A stretch of DNA of 64,000 nucleotides, from positions 1-64,000 of the forward strand of contig JAPEUI010000014.1 in assembly GCA_026025075.1 (NCBI GenBank), given 5' to 3'. The translations under genes and the position numbers were made by a program. The notes beneath the pieces were generated by a model. The model was not told the origin of the DNA. It saw only the letters and a program-made list of their open reading frames with translations, and made no database searches. Of this stretch, positions 37,601-49,030 are shown one piece after another (position 1 is the stretch's first letter; every line of letters begins with the position of its first letter). This DNA is from Vezdaea acicularis. Its lineage: Eukaryota.

Positions 37601-39916
37601 TATTAAGTCCCGCCTTGCCACGAAGGATATTATTTTTCAGTTCGTCAGGAGCAACATAATTTTGAGTTTTTGTTTGCCGAAGCCTGCCGAAGACATTCTT
37701 GAATTCCGGCTCTTCACTACCCGTGTTTCCTCCCGCGGTCTGACGGGGCTTGAGGTTGCTTCTGAAATCCTTCTTTGGGGGAGTGTCGGGCTTCGACTTA
37801 GCAGTTGCGGGCGACATTTTAGTAGCGACTGACGGGCTTTTAGTAGCTACAGGTGGAGACCTGGACTTGATACCTGCTTCTGGCTTATTCTCTGGGCTGA
37901 TTGATGGTGACGTGAGATTCCTTGCCGGGGTCGATGGCGCAACTGGGGACTCCGAAGCCTTTGCTTGTGTTGACGCAGCTTTATGATTTCCCGAAATGCC
38001 CTGGCTGGCCACGCTATCGGACCTGCCTTTGCTTACTATCCCAGAACTGAAACCGCTCGGTAGCCCGCCGATGCTCGATGGTTTTATTGGTCCTCCTGGT
38101 GGCGGGGCACGCATTAACCCTCCTGTTTTTATCTCCTTGGAACTGACACCTTGAACGCGATCGACACTCCCTTCGCGTTGCTGCTTAGCCTTATTAATAT
38201 CGGCCATCCAGCTTGGCTGCTTAGGTGTATGCGTTTTCGGCTTCGGAGATTCTGGCCCTTTGTTTAGAGCGCTCTCTAGCCAGCTTGACTTTGTCGGGCT
38301 CCATCTCTTCCCATCTATTGGCTTCGAAGGGCTTAATGGAGGGGACGTGACGCTAGCTAGCAAGTTACTATCGCCTCCATCCTGTTGTGATGCTTCACGG
38401 TTTTCCCTAGTTGCTGTCTTTTGTTGTTCGAGAGGTATATCGTTTTCTTTAGTATTTTGAATTAGAGTTGCATTACTGTAACTAGAGCTGGGGCGTCTAT
38501 TCGGTAGAGGCGAATGGTCTCGGCTTAGTGTCTTAGGCGTAGAAGTCTCCCTGCTAGGGTTCCGCGAGCTCATCGAGCTGTCGAATGCGTTTCCCACACT
38601 TGTAACAGAATCATTTCGCCTTAGGCCCACACCAGGTTGCGCACTCCAACGTTTGTTTACGCTATCCGAACGTTTCATCATAGCACTCTGTACAAACCCG
38701 CCCAACCCCTTTGTTGGCGAGTGCGGCCTATCTAATCGTTCCGGCGATATCCGTCCTTGCGCTGGAGACATAGCAAGTGTTCGCCCCACTAAGAGGTCAT
38801 CTTGGTTTGTACCATCACCTGTCGACGTTGTTTCAGGTGATGGAGGCTCGAAGCGCTGAGAAGACGTGAATGGAAGCGGAGATCGGCCCTCGAGACCACC
38901 AACGCCAGATAATGAGGAGCTACTCGAGATAGTCTTTGCCCAGCCTGCACTCCCTCTGATTGAGCTATCTCTTGAAGGCGACGAAGAGCGGATACTCTCC
39001 GGGGGTGGGCTCTTTTCTGCCACCAAGTCCCTTGTGGAGTCTGAGACCATGCCAGGTAGTTGCATCTTACGGTTAGAGAGAGCTGAAGCACTATCGTTCT
39101 CATCTTGATTTCGCCTATAGGCCGCTGATCCCGTTCCTCTCTCTGCTGTTTGCTTGAACCATGACGGATCCTTAGATCCCAAAGATTGTGCGATCTGGCT
39201 CCGGGAAACCTCAATCTCTGCAGAGTCGGCTCGGCCTGCGGACAAATCTGGTGATCTTGATGCAACGTTTTCCGCCGCTATCATAGATAACGGTCGACTT
39301 CGAGGAGTACCCGGACCCTGCGATTGCGGGCGACGCTGCCAGGAAAGGGTTGACGAGCGAGACGGTGCCATTGCAGCGGTTGGAGACGGCCGAGTGGAAT
39401 GTGTCCGATTTGCAGGTAGATTTGAGTAGACGTCCCATTTTTCTTGAGAGGATGCATCCTTAGTTTCTGATGTCCCATCAGTGAACTGATCAAGGGATGT
39501 GCTGACGCCGTCTTCTCTGGTTGAGGGCTGCGAAGTAGAATTGGGCAGATCCATCATTGGTTTGGACCCACTATCAAGTATAGATGCATTCAAGGCGACA
39601 GAACGAAGCGACTGTGGAGTTGTGGACGGCGAGTCTTTGGTCGGAGAAAGTGACCTTGCGCGTTCTACAGAATATTGGGGCAGTGTCAGCTACTTTCACG
39701 CGGAAAGGGAAGCCAGAAAATTCCAAGTACGGTACAACAACACCATCACTGACCAGCTCTTCGTGCCTGACGCTCCTTTCTCCCCTGCAGAATCTCTTCT
39801 TCTAACTTCCGGTTCCTTTCATCATCTTCGCTTGCGTGCTTGTCGCCTAGTTCACGAATTCGTTCCAGAAAGTCGTTCACATCTTCAGAGCCCTCGGGAT
39901 TGGCCGTAGGAGACAT
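34663..39916 (-). CDS. Gelsolin/villin-repeat protein with a long Ser/Pro-rich N-terminus (DUF4045-type)
   Basis: N-terminal DVNDFLERIRELG and SPTKGLGGFVQSAMMKRSDSVNKRWS. C-terminal gelsolin-like segments EVYLWAG, LYLWKGKGS and IYVVDAFFEIY. Three introns. Confidence 0.88.
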
Positions 39917-40439
39917 CTTCAAGTGACTCCACCCAATTTCCCAGACCCAGGCCCCACGCGCAATCTAGCAGCAGCATCAAGATGCTTGCCACTTTCCAAG
40001 CTGTGCACAAGCAAAATCTGGATAAGGTCTACAACCGTACAGCACGTCCCTCAGTTTCCATGGAATTCAGACGCGACAGCCCTTTCTTGGCAACGTCCTA
40101 ACGAAGCATCAACACAAGTGTTGGTTGAGGAACCGGTATGGTTTTGCGAGGGCAATCGGCGCGACAAGACGATAGTGGGCTATTGTTGACAGATATGAGC
40201 TTGCAATAATGAGGAAAATGAAGATACTCTGGTGAAAGTCATGATTTGTTGTTTGGGTCGACTTCCTATTCGGCCACAAGCATGTAACTCGGTCACGCCA
40301 AAAACCCCTGCACCCGAATCCTCTTACCAAATAGCCGACAGTGTTAGAGGCGCTTCTAGGCATGTGCGACCCGAGACTCCGATGCACGCTCCTGTAAGGA
40401 ACCAGAGACAATGGTGAACCATTACGCATCTATAAATGT

Positions 40440-41260
40440 TCAGAATAGTTTGTGTTTAGCATCTCGCACTACCCATTGCAGCCCTTCGTTGAGGTTACTC
40501 CCAGTCAGAGCGCTGCATTGTATAATAGTCCAGTTGTGAGTCCGGATCGCATCAAGCTGGAGGCCCTATATCCAAGATGAGTTAGGCTGTCCCGGAAATC
40601 ACCCAAGCGAAACTCACCACTCGGATCTCATCCTCCTCCATGCACCCTGCGATATCTGTCTTGTTCGCAAAAATGAGCAGACTAGCTCCCATCAATCTCT
40701 AATTGATAGAGCAACTTAATCAGTGAGGCTGTTATCAGTGATAGCGCTCTTACTCACTTCTTCGAGAAGAAGTCCAGCGAGCTCCTCTCTACAATCATCG
40801 ATCCTCAACCGATCAGTAGCGTCCACTACCCAGATCAATGCGTCTGTCTTCTCAAAGTAATTTTTCCAGTACGAGCGTAAAGTTTTCTGGCCACCGACAT
40901 CCCCTATTCCCAGGGAGTCAGTCCAGACGAAGACTTTTAGAATTATTAGAAGGCCTTGCATATGTTCAATTTGTACCTACTAGGATCAGTAAAGTGCTAG
41001 ACCGGCCGATTTGGCTAACCCAAAAAGGGGTGTGCTCACCCATCAAAATCTATCGTCTTGATGATGAATCCCAAAGTAGGGCTGACGGTATTGATATCCT
41101 CATTCATAACTCTCTTGACTATTGTTGTTTTGCCCGCATTGTCTAAGCCACTGCAATATCATGGTCAGCTAGCCCTCATTACCGCATCTTCCAGTACGCA
41201 CAGCATCAGGATTCGCATCTCCTTATCTTTCATCCGCGCCTTGCGTAGGATTGAAAGCAT
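40440..41260 (-). CDS. ARL2: ADP-ribosylation factor-like GTPase ARL2/CIN4
   Basis: [50 protein letters not shown] and ANKTD motifs. Five introns. Confidence 0.95.
40904..40959 (-). other. GC-AG intron in ARL2
   Basis: AAC ATA T|GCAAGG...CTGAC...TAG|GG GAT GTC GGT restores the conserved NIWDVGGQ. Confidence 0.85.
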
Positions 41261-41743
41261 CTTGTTGCTCGAGTCGTTGCCTCAGTCCTTGCTTGGAGAA
41301 AATACAACCTAATGCCGATCTAGCGGGTGAGACACACAGGTTCACGTAAATACCTCCTGCATTCTAGCGATGGCTCAAATCGACCATCTGTAGATTGAAA
41401 TATACCCATCTAGCATGATTAAATAAGAAAAAACTTGGTGAATACGATAGAAGCCCTAAATTGAAATTATCCAATACATTCAAATATATGTTCATTCTTC
41501 ATGGTCTGCTTCGATCTGTAATACGAGCTCTCTGGTTGGCACGCTAAGCGAGTATCACCATCTTGAACCCTTTGTATGCAAGGCTTCCTCATTCAAGTCC
41601 TGGTAGAAGATTCGTTTCTAAAAAGCATAAAATCACTCTTTAACAGCTGACGCAACCAGCCATGGCCGTGCCCTCAGCAACTATATACGCTCCGTGCTAT
41701 CCGAAACACCTGCAAAGTCAAGTTTTGATCGCTACAGATATAG

Positions 41744-43010
41744 CTATGCTCGAAGCTTGGGCTCGCCCACTAGAACAGTCTCGACGCCCTTGTCACCACG
41801 AACGTCTTCTTCGCTTGAAGCGTCGGACGTGAGATCCGTACCTTCGCTCTTAGGAGACAAGAAAGGCCAATGGCCTTTCTGCTCGAAATACCTCATTGAG
41901 AGGAACATTATGATGGTAACGAGCCAGTACACGTTGTACGAAATGACCGAGCCATAGGTTGCTGAATTGGTCCAGCCAAAGAGCGAGTTGAAAACACCCC
42001 AGCCACCTCCACCTCCAAGATTAGGGCTGCAACACTGGAGAATCATCAGTGATGCCCAACGACATTTCAAGCGTAGAGGATACCCACGTTGACGTGCCAC
42101 ACGCTTCGCGTAATGTCATAAGAACCTGGGCCGTCACCAGTCTCACTGGCATCACCTCCAATTTCCTTATTCCACTTGTTCGTCTCGAAAAAGCCAACAG
42201 CCTTCGAGAAAAGGCCGGCTGCTACAAGATAAAGGAAGCACGTCGAGATGATTAAGAAGGTCTGAATGGACGCGAATCTTGATCCTCTGAAGGAGACTGT
42301 CAGCTCAATCCTCTCCCGAGAAGGAATTGACCATCATCAACTTACTTATATATGAACCACCCGATCAGAGACCCGGCAAGAATGCCTGTCAAGACGGGGA
42401 TTGGGAACGCCGAGGCTTGCTGGCCAACACCGACACCGCCAATGAATACAACAGCCTCGAGGCCTTCTCGTAAGACGGTAACGAATGGCAAGATAAACAT
42501 GGCGTATTTCTCGCCAAAACGCTTGAACCGGCCCCTGGCGCTCCCCTTGAGGCTGTCTTTGGCTTCGAGTGCTATCGCGAGTTTCACCCGCCATTTGTCC
42601 TGCAGCTTGGATACTCGCAATAACGCAGCGCCCATCAGACTGATGATGATGGTCGCGATGAGGCCAAACACACCCTCCCAGACATACTCAGTATTGGACC
42701 ATGCACTACTCCTGGAGAGACCGTAGAAGGCCCCGATCATTCCTGCGCCAACGCATACGCATATCACTAACCCCAATATGGTTCCAAACCAGACTTGTTT
42801 TCGCAGCTTCTTATAGACTAATGGATCTCGCTCAGGGCCCAAAGTCTGCTTCAAGAATGCGAGGAGCACCGAGACAATGATGCTAGTCTCGAGCGTCTCT
42901 CTGAAAACGATGAAGAAAACTGCAGGTTGTCAGATCAATCGCAAACAGGAAGCTTCAAGAGTTCGGGGAATCAGCTTAATAGTACCTGGCACGGCAAAAA
43001 CGGCCACCAT
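41744..43010 (-). CDS. FTR1: High-affinity iron permease
   Basis: Two RExxE motifs (RETLE, REGLE), multiple transmembrane segments and [16 protein letters not shown]. Three introns. Confidence 0.95.
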
Positions 43011-43155
43011 CTTTACGATAGCTTCCACAACAAATCCTAGTCAACGACTTCAACTTCGAATCTCCTTTGTGTCGGATTGGAAAGGTGAATAAATCAGCAG
43101 GTCATTGACTGCACCCTTCGCACAATGGTCGAAGGGGAGGGAACGGAAGGAGAAG

Positions 43156-43874
43156 ATCAGATAAGAAACATGGTGGGCTGAGATCTTGCTTGTCTGATCC
43201 GAAGATAACCTAAAGCCGGACTAAGCGAGGCTTGGCGAGCAGTCGCACGCAGTCAGACATTAGCCTCCTTGGGCAATCGTGTCCTCATGGACAGTGATTC
43301 TAACTCCGGAGGCGCAGGATCATGACAGGGATTGATTGAAATGAGGAGGCATGACTTTAGAGCGTAACGGCAAAGTATCAGTCCATATTGAAGATCACTA
43401 CCGAATATCATGCCTGGCCGACCTCGGAGCCCTTGGCCAAGCGCGATAAATAACCGGAAAACACCATTGGAAAGTGGGGTCACTCCCTAAGGGATGAGTC
43501 GCTCCAGACCCTTTGTCTCGGGTCTACTATTGCCGAGCATTTTAAGATCCTCTATGCTTGCTTATGCCCTAAGGCGCGTACTTCGCGCGCATGCCTCATT
43601 TCAGATTTCTCGCTCTTTTAAGCAAGTTTACTAGAATTTGCGATCATCTCTCCACAAGCTCGGAGTTTTCTGCGCGAGCGTAATACTGGTGCAAGAAGAG
43701 AAGGCCGTCTTCCCACGGTGGCTGACATTGAGCGGTGAAATCCGAGCTGATCCCAAGAGAAAGGAGGCGGCCTTGGCAGCGACAAGGATTCGATCAGATA
43801 ACACTTTAGCGCCGAGTGCTCTCGGCTGAGTGGCTGCCGAGAGTGGGGCAAACCTTCTTTAGATCATCAGATAA
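43156..43874 (+). promoter_or_regulatory. Three exact ATCAGATAA sites (SreA/Sre1-type GATA repressor consensus ATCWGATAA) at 43156, 43793 and 43866
   Basis: Read directly in the shared FTR1-FET3 intergenic region. The motif matches the known iron-responsive GATA-factor consensus. Confidence 0.75.
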
Positions 43875-44788
43875 CTTTTTATCATAAGCGAGCAAAAGCG
43901 GATCCCTGCACCACGCACCACACAACCAAACCATACGCCCGGCCACTTGTGTTGTCGGCAGTCTTGTGTGACTGGGCTTTCCGGACTGTCAAAGCTGTTC
44001 CACTTACCAATTTATATCCGGTCTGAGGAGAGAATTGCCAATCGTTGGCAATTGCACGGGACGTCATTGCGTAAAGCTGTGCTTCCTTGTCAGGCGCCAG
44101 CGTTGCTTTCTGGTTCCCATTTTGCCGTCGATCCCTTCACCTGGACGTACTAGGACTGCATCTCCTTCATTACGTTACTGACTCCTGAGATAAGTTAGAC
44201 GACCTTCTCCGTGTTTGAATGGTAGCGTAGTCGGCCTGCCGAAAGCTGTACGGAACGACCTTTCCAACCTCTTGTGCATGACAGCCTAGCCAAGGCTCCA
44301 ATTACCTGGCCTGGATCTTCTGTTGGTTGACGCCCTCAATTCCTCGGGAAGTGTTGTTGGCTTGCAGGATTCGTACGAATTAATGGTCGATCTCGCCCTC
44401 CTCTACCCTCTCTGCCGCCCATTAGCTGAGGTCAAATCGATCTGTGAGGATTCCGTGGCGATCGGGTTCTTGTCAGGAATATCATCAAGTCAGGAGGGAG
44501 CTTCCGGACCGTGTGTGAGGGCCCCACCCGCTGCCTAGCTTCTCCGCAAGCGACCGAGTACGTTTGTTCCCTCCCTTGAAAGGAGGTAAAATAGCCGGCC
44601 CTGATCCGTGTGTCCATCTGGGAGCGGCCGCATATCAGATCTACTGTCCTTCCTACTGTATCCTCGGTGACCTGTCTGCATAGTCTGAGCCGTGACTTAG
44701 TCTCCAAGGCTCGAACCCGAATAAACTGATTTTCGTTGTCTATATCAACGCAAGAGATTTGTTTTGGCACTGGAATTGGTGCGGCATC

Positions 44789-46916
44789 ATGCCGTTCGCA
44801 CTCTTGTATCAAATCGCTCTCATTTTCCTCCTTCGAGTGGCGTATGCTGCAACTGTCACTTACGACTTCAACGTTGGTTGGGTCAGCGCCAATCCTGATG
44901 GGGCTTTCGAACGTCCAGTAATGGGAGTTAATGGGAAATGGCCTATCCCTGAGATTAGAGCAAGCGTTGGAGATCAGCTAGTCATCAAAGTGCACAATAT
45001 GCTTGGAAACCAGAGCACTAGCATCCACTTCCATGGCCTTTATCAAAACGGTACGCCGGAAATGGACGGCGCAGTTGGAGTGACCCAATGTGCCATTGCC
45101 CCGGGATCATCGTTCACTTACAACCTTACGGTAATACAACGAATGCCCTCAAACTCATCCTCATTCAGTTGCTGACCGTTGGCTAGATAAATCAACCAGG
45201 AACTTACTGGTATCATTCCCATGTCCGCGGCCAGTATCCGGATGGCTTTCGAGGTCCACTAATTATTGACGATCCAAAATCGCCTTACAAAGGACAGTAT
45301 GAGGATGAGATCGTCCTAACTCTATCCGACTGGTATCACGAACAGATGCCAACCCTAATGTCTCAATTCCTCAATCGCAGAAACCCTACTGGGGCAGAGC
45401 CTGTCCCACAGGCAGCGTTGATGAATGACACACAAAATATAACTGTAGCTGTCCAACCAGGAAAGACCTATCTCTTCCGAGTTGTCAATATGGCTGCTTT
45501 CGCTGCTCAATATTTGTGGTTCGAAGGACATACGATGAGAGTCGTTGAGGTGGATGGGATCTATACAGACCCGGCAGAGGCGACGATGATCTACCTCACT
45601 GCTGCCCAGCGCTACAGTGTCCTCATCACGATGAAGAATGATACCGATGCCAATTTTGCCTTTGTCGGGAGCATGGATCAGGTAAGCTCTCTCTGCCCAC
45701 CCATTCAAGGGCCAACGCTTATGCGTCATGCAGGATTTGTTTGATAAGGTTCCAGAAACATTGAATCCAAACGTCACTGGATGGTTGACATATGACAATA
45801 CCAAACCTTTCCCAGAGGCATCGCTCCTCGATGATTTCGACGATGAATTTGATGATTTCTCTCTAGTGCCTCAAGATCAAATGCCTCTTCTTGACCAAGT
45901 TGACTACTCATTTAACCTTGATGTCAAAATGGATAACCTAGGGGATGGAGCAAATTAGTGAGGGATATCAGACCACCATGAATAGGAAGAGCGCTAACAG
46001 AAAGGGACAGTGCGTTTTTCAACGACATCACCTACGTTACGCCAAAAGTGCCAAGTCTCTATACTGTGCTGTCCACAGGCCTAAGCGCCACCAACTCGGA
46101 GATTTACGGAGTGAACACACACGCCTACGTTCTGAAGAAGGATGAGATCGTAGAAATCATCCTGAATAACAATGATCCTGGCAAGCACCCATTCCATCTG
46201 CATGGTCATGCATTTCAAGCAGTGGTAAGATCCGACGAAGAGGCTGGACTTTACAATGGAACTGGATCTGTTTCATTTCCTTCAGTACCGATGAGGAGGG
46301 ATACCTTCATGGTAAGGCCTAATGGGAACATGGTTCTGAGGTTCAGGGCCGATAATCCAGATAAGTAGCTCCTGCTATGTTAAAAATCTACGATACTGAC
46401 ATCTCCTACGCGTCTGGCTTTTTCACTGTCATATCGAATGGCATGTTATTTCAGGATTGACTGCTACTATGATCGAGGCACCGGATGTACTGCAACAAAC
46501 GCTTCAAATTCCACAAGATCATATGCAAGCCTGTAAGGATAGCAAAACACCAGCAGCTGGTAATGCAGCAGGAAACACCGTCGACTTCTTGAACCTAGAT
46601 GGCGCCAACGTCTCCGTGCCGCCACTTCCTCAGGGGTAAGTAAATCACTCAACCCTTTTCGTGGCAGCTTGCGACCGTGACCCAAATGCTCATAGCGCAT
46701 GTTAGATTCACGCCGCGGGGTGTTGTTGCTCTGGTGTTTAGCATTCTCAGTGCATTCCTTGGTCTTGCCGCAATTACCTGGTATGTCCTTTTAGCGTATG
46801 TGTCTCTTGCCAGTAATCCTTTTGCTGATTTCCGTTATAGGTATGGCATGGGGGACCTTGGTTCTGGGGAGCTTACAGCAGTTAGACGACGAATAGCAGA
46901 GGGGGGTATCAAGTGA
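44789..46916 (+). CDS. FET3: Multicopper ferroxidase
   Basis: Signal peptide and all four copper-binding motifs ([23 protein letters not shown]) plus a C-terminal transmembrane helix. Divergent from FTR1; six introns. Confidence 0.95.
46361..46409 (+). other. AT-AC intron (49 nt) in FET3
   Basis: GAT AAT CCA G|ATAAGT...TACTGAC ATCTCCTAC|GC GTC TGG CTT TTT CAC TGT CAT restores DNPGVWLFHCH. No GT-AG alternative retains this motif. Confidence 0.85.
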
Positions 46917-47722
46917 GGCGAAGACCATTCTCGAATGCAACTGTAGAACAAGGTGATGATGGTTGCATTTGATGAGACCATGAGCTCTTTTCCTGCTTTG
47001 TCTGCATCGTGCCCCAGATTAGATAGGTCATACAATCGTAGATTGACAGCATGAACCGTGCAGAAAAGATGTTGCGACCTGCGACAACGCCATGCAGTTC
47101 TTCACATAGCGACTTTCTTACTCCGATTCGTCCATCTCCCCCAAAATGTGGTGGAGGTGCATTCTGTATGCGCGGTAAATGCACGCGGGGTCTATCGATT
47201 GCTCCCGGGCCGTTCCAGCCACTGCTGTCCCGGCGTTTGGAAGGAGCACTAAGGCCGCGCAGGGCTGTTGTTGCGGGGGCCATCGCTGCACCTCTCAAAC
47301 CTTCGAGACGTCGAGTCCCATGCCTCGCGACCGTTTGACCCAAATGCTTTGACCCAAAAACATCGCTGCCGGGGCATGTCATCGCGCAGCGCATTGATCG
47401 ATTATCTGGGTCCCTGCATGCGTGCTACATGCCTTGCGGAAGAGCGGTGGCCTAAGTTACACGCGCTTTTGCGTGCCTTGCTCCATCTACTAAACGCAGC
47501 GCGCACGTAGACCTCATCAAAGCAAGGTTATTGAGGAACTGAGTTCTTCTCTTCGCCCCAAGCCTTGTTGATACTCATGCATTTTGCGCTATTTCTTGTC
47601 CCCGAAGTAGCTTATATATAACTATCATGTTCTCCGCATGTCAACCAGCACCTACTAAGCACGCCCACCAGAACGGCGCCCTCACCTCACTCTCTAGTCT
47701 CAAGACCAAATCAGCCTCTGCA

Positions 47723-49030
47723 ATGGCAGCAAACCCAGGTCATGCCTCCCTCAAACAGACCTACACTGAACGCGCCTCCCATCCAGACACCCACCCTTTG
47801 GTGTGCTACCTGCTACACCTGATCAGTATCAAGAAGAGCAACCTCGCACTGAGCGCAGATGTCACAACCTCCGCCGAGCTGCTCGCGGTGGCCGAGGAGA
47901 CCGGCGGCAGTATCTGTATTCTCAAGACACACGCGGACATCGTTACGGACTTTGGGGACCGCACGATTGCGCGGCTGCAGGAGATCGCGCGCAGAAAACG
48001 GTTTCTGATATTCGAGGATCGCAAGTTTGGCGATATTGGGAGTATGCATCCTCTCACACACCCACCCCCTTTCCTGCCTTTTTACTTCCCTCAATCTCTG
48101 CCAACCTTCCCCAGGAGAAGCTCTAGCTAACAGATGCACCCCTGTGTAGGTACGGTCCAAAAACAATATACATCTGGACCCCTCCGCATTGCAACATGGG
48201 CCAGTCTGACAAACTGCACGCTTTTTCCTGGCCCGTCCATCGTCTCTGCCCTATCCGCCGCCGCAACCAGCACCCTAACGGCACTGTCCACCTCCGTGAA
48301 AACCGACATCACAGCCTCTCCCCGCACAGAAACCCCCTCACCCACATCCAGCTCTCCGAGTCCCACCACCTCAACCTTCCCCGATCAAGCCACTACAAAA
48401 AGCGGGCGAGGCGAGAGCTTCAGCACCTATGACGCCGCCATCCGTGCAAATGGCTACACACGCAACCGCCTTAATAGCGCGCATTCCATCGAGACCACCA
48501 CGACAATCGAGACGTACTCCGAACCACTCGGCGGTCGCCGGCCCTCCCTCGCCCAGTCTCCCCCGTCTACTGCAGCGAACCTTGACGGGCCGTCCCCTGC
48601 AGACCAGCTAGCGGAGTTAGGCCGCGAGCCGCTGAGCCGTGGGCTGCTTCTTCTGGCCGAGATGAGCAGCGAGGGCAACTGGTGCACCGGCGCATACACA
48701 GACGCATGCGTGGAAGCCGCGCGCGAGCACCCCGAGTTCGTCATCGGCTTCATCGCACAGAGGTCCTTGAACGCCGAGGACGGCGATAATTTCCTCACCA
48801 TGACGCCTGGGGTGAGCTTGCCGCCTGCTGGAGCCGATCGGGGGGGACTCCGTGGGGATGGGCTCGGGCAGCAGTATAATTCTCCGCGGCGCGTGGTCGG
48901 CCAGCTGGGGAGCGATGTTATTATTGTGGGGCGTGGCATCTTGAATGCGGAAGATAGGGGGAGGGAGGCGGAGAGGTATCGGAGAGAAGGGTGGAGGGCT
49001 TATGAGGAACGCGTTCGTCGCACCGCCTAG
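47723..49030 (+). CDS. pyrG: Orotidine-5'-phosphate decarboxylase (long form with internal insertion); an in-frame upstream ATG at 47627 is also possible
   Basis: LKTHADI, active-site FEDRKFGDIG, RGLLLLAEMSS, MTPGV, GDGLGQQY and IIVGRGI motifs. Intron 48041-48149. Confidence 0.95.

Noticed and set aside
46361..46409. FET3 as a pseudogene (stop after DNPDK) or the intron as U12-type
   Set aside because: The rest of the gene is intact and AT-AC removal restores the conserved motif exactly. The donor and branch sequences match U2, not U12, consensus.
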